Shown here: positions 58,750 through 64,000 of the stretch, piece by piece | Layout: each line of letters opens with the position of its first letter | How positions within the stretch are numbered: position 1 is the stretch's first letter | DNA from: Haplodiscus bocki | Taxonomy: Eukaryota | Reading direction: 5' to 3' | DNA length: 64,000 nt | Assembly: GCA_965655095.1 (NCBI GenBank) | Contig: OZ296659.1 | Coordinates: forward strand, 70,060,001 to 70,124,000 | Notes under the pieces: generated by a model | The model's input: only the letters and a program-made list of their open reading frames with translations | Database searches by the model: none | Told to the model about the DNA's origin: nothing | Made by a program: the position numbers and the translations under genes

Positions 58750-61700
58750 TTATTTTATAATTTAAAAAAAACAATGAAAAGCTTTCCTATTGTTACTGGA
58801 CTTCGACATTGTCAGGGGTAATTTCTCCCGCTCGCCTTCAGTGGAAACTTTTTCCCTACAGGTACACTGATAACCATTTCTTTTGATTCTAGAACTCTCT
58901 TGCTTTTCTTGATCAACTCCACCCTCAGACGTCAATATCAATTCAAGAAAGCCGTACTGTACACTTCGTTTGCATAGTGTTCTTCCAGCTTAATCTCAAA
59001 CATGTTCGGTTTGTCGGACAGTATGAGTACGCCAGGTGATGAGTTCCAGTCATTTTTTGTTGAAAAGAAAACGTTTGGTTTGGCTGGTTCGTAATTCTCC
59101 AGCATTTTGTTTGTATGGGTTTCTTCTAGTGTTTTTTTTGGTTTATGACAAAAATTTCATCGGTTGTTACTCGATCAATGTCTGTTTGACATCTTGAGTA
59201 TTTTTATCATGGAGTCACATCACCCTGTGTTCTCCAGAGTGAGTAACTCCAAAGCGTTAAGTCACTCAGTTTAGCTATCTTTGATCAGGGTTGTTATCAC
59301 CTCGGATGGTCGCCCTTGTACGTTATCAATACATAACTTGTCTTTTGTAGTAGGGCCTCCATGTCTTTTTTGCGTACTCCAGATGAGGCCTACCTATTGC
59401 TTTGTAAATGGTTCTCTTGATTTCTTTGGCAAAGCTTACAACTTCTTTTGTTTTCCGAGCAATATTCGCATAGGAATTGAAATAGTTCCTTCAATAATCA
59501 GGTTTTTTTTGTTTAAATGTTGCCAGTTGCACGATTGTCCCATTCTGCACGTTTCTTCTGAATAAAAATTCTTCATCGAATACTCGCCACAGACTGATCA
59601 ATACAAAAGTGAGAAGCACCTGTTAATATCAACAATATGAAGTCACCAAAGCTCCATTGTGATTGAACGAGAGTAAAAGATGCGGGAAACTTGTAACTAA
59701 AAACACGATTACGTCATAACCTTTCCATGTGAAGAAATAGAAAGTTTGAAGTTTAGTGTGGACTCCTAAGGAAGGCCTGGTGGGTTGATACTTTTGCACT
59801 CGTTATAGTAATCTCCATTTGAAGTCAGAAGATCAAGTGTTTGAGTTTTAGAGGTATCAAAACAATTTACCAAAGTAGAAAAAAATCCTAGCGATAGACG
59901 GGCGTCTTCTGGAATATTGCGATCATGCAATTGACTCCCCTGGTTTTCTAGAGTATGTAATGGCGGAACTGAAGTTTCGACTGGATTCTCAGTCTTTTTC
60001 TGAATTTCTATGTGCAGTTTTTGGTTTTATTGTATAAACTTAAGTTCTGCTGAAGTTCATAAATCGTTTTTAATGATTGAGTTTGTAACTCTTAGATAAC
60101 TGAGCTCCAAAAGATTTGCTGGGTACCAGATAGATAGTTTTCTAGATCACCTTGTAAGTTTTGCACCCTTGAGCTTTTGCAATGGTTCTGTAAGATCTTG
60201 CACCAGCAGCGTAGCTGGAAAGTTTTGATGTTGAGCTTTCTGTGTTTAAGTTCATGAAAAAGAGACAACGGATTTGTCAGAGTTGAATCCGCTGATGGTG
60301 GGTTCCCATAGTTTGTAGTTTTTTTCACTGTGACCCAATTTTTCGATCGGTTGAAAATGTGGTAGCTCATTCAGGTGTTGTACCTCGCCTCATATCTAAA
60401 TATCTAGCTTCTTTTGTACCAGTCTGTTGTGCGGAACACTATCGAAGGCATTTTTGAAATCACTGTCTGTAACGTCTACTCCATTGGCCTTAACGAAATA
60501 TGCGGCGCAATCATCTGGTCTTCACAAAATTTGTAGCATTACTGAGCGACCGACCAGAAATCTAGACTGTTGGTTTGATTTCATGTTGCTTTGATTACAA
60601 ACTCAATCACTTGTCTCCGAACCAATATTTTTCTACATTAGTTTGCAACAAACTATGGTCAAACTCAGAGCCTTTTGCTAATCGTTTCAGCGGTTTTGTT
60701 ATTTATTTCAACGTATCGCCGTCATGTTTCAAGACTTTTCCAATAGTCAGGTTTTCATCTCCTATTCGGAGATCTTTCAGAAATTTAGATCAGAGTTGGA
60801 ATTACTTCATTTCTTGTTTCGTAGAGGTTCCAAGAGAACAGGGTACCTGGCCCCACTGACTGACTTACAACCAGATTTTCAGGGACAATAAGGTTTATTT
60901 GTGCCATGAGTTTCACTTCAAATGAATGATAATTGCTGTTCTTGATTTTACAGGCTTTTCCAACACTGCAGATTACATTTGTAAAGATTGATCTGAAGGA
61001 AATCGGTAGAGTCCGCGTCTTCATTTTTTGTTGCTGGGCACCTGCCTGTGCTCAGACTCAATGCCGTCTCTGTTTCGGTCCACTTCACTTTTCTTTGGAT
61101 CTGATTGCAGAACTCCTTTGGTTTAGCCCAAAAATAGATGGAAACTTCCGATCAATCAATCAGAGGGTTGACTGTCTGAGCCTAGAACTGCAGGGTACGT
61201 TTCTTTCGAACTTCACACTTGATAGCGATATGATGCAAGACACTTTCGATACGCAGCTTCAAAGTTTAAAGACAGTGATTCAACTACATCAAGTGCCACA
61301 GCGTCCGTTGAGTTGCAGCTGTTGAACACTCTATCGCTGCATACGCTTCTAATGAAGGTTCGTTCTTTCTTGCCTTGAAGGAAAGCTTTATTGTTGTTCT
61401 GTTTGAGGAAAACTAACCGCATTAACATTTCAGTAGCACTGCAAATTGGTTTAAAGTTAAACAACTTTAAACCCGACACTACAAGCGTTAAAACTGTGCT
61501 TTTTTAAAAGAAAAGCTTAAGAGTTCGTATCGGGACCTGTAGCAGGTTGAGTGTTTTAAGTCTCTAGCAGGTCTCGGTTTAGCTTGATCTCGACCTTGCA
61601 ACGAAAAACACGGAAGGAGCAGCTAAACTTTGTGTTAGTCTTGTTTAGTAACCATAACAAAAAAAGACTGCAAAGCATACAGCTTCAGTGATTTCACAAA

Positions 61701-62900
61701 ACGATGCTTTTCTCTTCCACTCCCGTAGATCCTGCCCAAAAGGGATACTGTTGGCCGCCTCCACGGTATCTGTGGATGATTTGCAACGTAATGAAGATCT
61801 GAGAATACCATCTAATTTTCAAGGGTCTAAACAGGAAAAACCATGGTGAACAACTGTTTCAATCAGTAGCTTTGATCTTTCCCTGACAAGGCTTTCACAG
61901 CAATTTTAGCTACTCTTAAGGTTTTGGTGCTTCTTTTTGTCTGAGGGGTTTTTTGTTATGGTCTTACAGAAGACAAATAGTATTGCAGTCGTTGTTTCTG
62001 ACTCCTGTCAATAACTGACAGTAGATGCCAAGTACACATTCGAGTTAACAGTTAATTTCAAGTTAATCATCATAGTTAACAGTTTTGCACCCAATTCGAC
62101 GATGTCTATATTTTGCAAGAACTGGAACCGTACCTTTTGAATGTGTGCCGAGCAGGTGAGGGGTTTCAAAGGAGGAGTCTTTGAGACGCAAGGATGTACC
62201 AATGTTCCTCTCTGGACTGTGCTAGACGCACATTGATGATGCAAAACGTTTCGTTCAAGAAATGGTATCAAGTTGACTTCCTTCAGAGCTTGGATGAGGC
62301 ATCGCATGTCTCGGTGATCTGGCCTGGGAGCGTTTTTAGGATTCAATTGGATTTAGATGTTTTCAACTGTGACTTCTTGAGGTCTTTAATTTGAAGCGAG
62401 CTCGCCCAACACTTGCTGTTGCGTAACTGCCAGTAATGGTTGCAAATTTTGGGAGTATTTAATCTGTTCATGTTTCGGACATGCATACTAATTTTGTCAA
62501 AAAAACCCATGTTAGTGGCTCCTTTATTCACTTGTGCTTCTTGGCATCAGCACCAAAGTTGAGGTGACATGCGCCGTTTCAACGTTCTTTTCATGGTTCT
62601 TTTGCGGAGGGTAGATGAACTTCACGAGTTACAACTGTACATCGAGAAAATACGGTTGCTTATGAGGAATGCTAATGTTGAATGGCCTTGTCAAAACTGG
62701 AGGTCGCTATGTTCTTCAAATTCAGAGTGGAAACAAGTAATTTGTATTCCAACAAGGTAAGCGAATTGCGTTCTCGTCGCAGGTTTATGCAAGGGTACAG
62801 CAGTGTTTGAGCCAGCCAGTCCGTCCATCAAAAAACAAGTAAAACGAATTGCGTCTTCTTTGAGTTCTTTCCTATCGTGGAACTAACGAAAGAACTATAG
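58750..62900 (-). mobile_element. Heavily decayed Gypsy-type gag-pol remnant
   Basis: Scattered RT-like (61000-61480), RNase H-like (60150-60560) and integrase-like (GRPSEVIT, about 59150-59330) fragments in Gypsy order, with many stops. Confidence 0.5.
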
Positions 62901-63360
62901 GAGATGCTTTGGATGCCCAAGTTTTCTTGTTTTGCACTCGGGATAGGCACCTTAGTTTCAAAGGACCCTGGCGCTGAGTTTCAAACATGAGAAGAATCTA
63001 CTTTTATACGGCATCCATCACTCGGAAGTCAAATGAAAAATGTCATCAGAGAGATCGATTACAGTTGACGTTATCATTTTTCTGTTGCCTCGGAGGGGCC
63101 ACACCTCAAAAACTGCATGAAATTTCATCAATTATACTACTCTGTCCGAGTTGGAGACAAGTGAGAGAGACATCTGCATACTGATATTCTGTGTTAACCA
63201 GCGCGAGAACAAAACCAATGTGGTTTTTTGAGAGCAGGAATACAATGCTGATAGGTTCTAGCGAGTTGTGTAAATATTCTCTGCTTTCAGAGGACGTGCA
63301 ATTTTTTTAGCTTACAGGAAGTAAGAGTGTGATCTGATCATACGCAGGCTGTGTTGGACG

Positions 63361-64000
63361 TGTGACGTGTTGCATAACATACATCTGACCATGCCTCGGG
63401 AGGATGTGACGTGTTGCATAACATACATCTGACCACCCCTCGGGCTATGTAGTTAATTAATTGCGTAATTATGCAATGATTATCAGTTGAATTCACGATT
63501 GGCTAGAGAATAGTCTTCACATTTGGCGCAGTCAGCAAGATTAGAGTCGCGGCAGTGCGGCACTACGAGCATTATGCTGCAGTGAGGGACGTTCAGTCAG
63601 CACGTCAGCCTAACTTTGGAAGCTAATAACTTCTCTAAGACTGAACCGGCCTTATTGAAAAATATTTCGGGGACTAGCCTGATTCAAGCCCTTTCCAACG
63701 ATATTGTGTTGGGATTGCTATTGTGTGGTACACGTGGTAACATTCTGGCGATTCTTGCTTCAGTTCATCTTGGCACCACGACGACTTGTGGGGAGATTAG
63801 CACTTGCAACAGCAAAATTCGTTGATTCCAGCACTAGAATTTTGGTTACTTCATTCAGTGATGACAGATACTGTTCTTCGACATCACATTAAGCCACCCG
63901 CGCAGTTCAATCCCTTTGACAAGGCTGTTAAATGGAAGCTGTGGCGTCAGATGTTCGAGAATTACATGGTTGCCTGTAACTATGCAACACTGGAAGACGC
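63361..64000 (+). mobile_element. 5' end of a Gypsy-like LTR retrotransposon running off the window
   Basis: LTR-like TGTGAC...GTAACA (63361 or 63405 to 63742), PBS-like TGGCG at 63746, and an open gag start at 63861 (MTDTVLRHHIKPPAQFNPFDKAVKWKLWRQMFENYMVACN). Confidence 0.75.

Overview
Eukaryotic, AT-rich, transposon-dense window that looks like an invertebrate animal; it is not prokaryotic. Five host genes can be built with GT-AG introns and intact frames, all on the minus strand. They form two tight clusters: MOB4 -> PSMC2 (Rpt1) -> an intronless CCCH/WWE/PARP gene, and SFT2D3-like -> CHORDC1. Gaps inside the clusters are only about 490-620 nt and lack recognisable repeats, whereas introns reach 7.4 kb and 18.6 kb and are full of mobile DNA. 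Every start codon has a splice-acceptor-like pyrimidine tract plus YAG 3-77 nt upstream, which suggests operon-like or trans-spliced expression (inference). Mobile DNA includes a decayed BEL/Pao element containing a MULE with a 9-bp TSD, a LINE fragment and a Gypsy fragment; a hAT MITE with an 8-bp TSD; CRE, piggyBac-like and Gypsy remnants; a 1,040-bp TRIM-like element; and arrays of a diverged ~175-bp unit. An orphan EGF-like ORF lies in the SFT2D3 intron. No rRNA, tRNA or CRISPR was seen. All calls are by eye; no searches were run.
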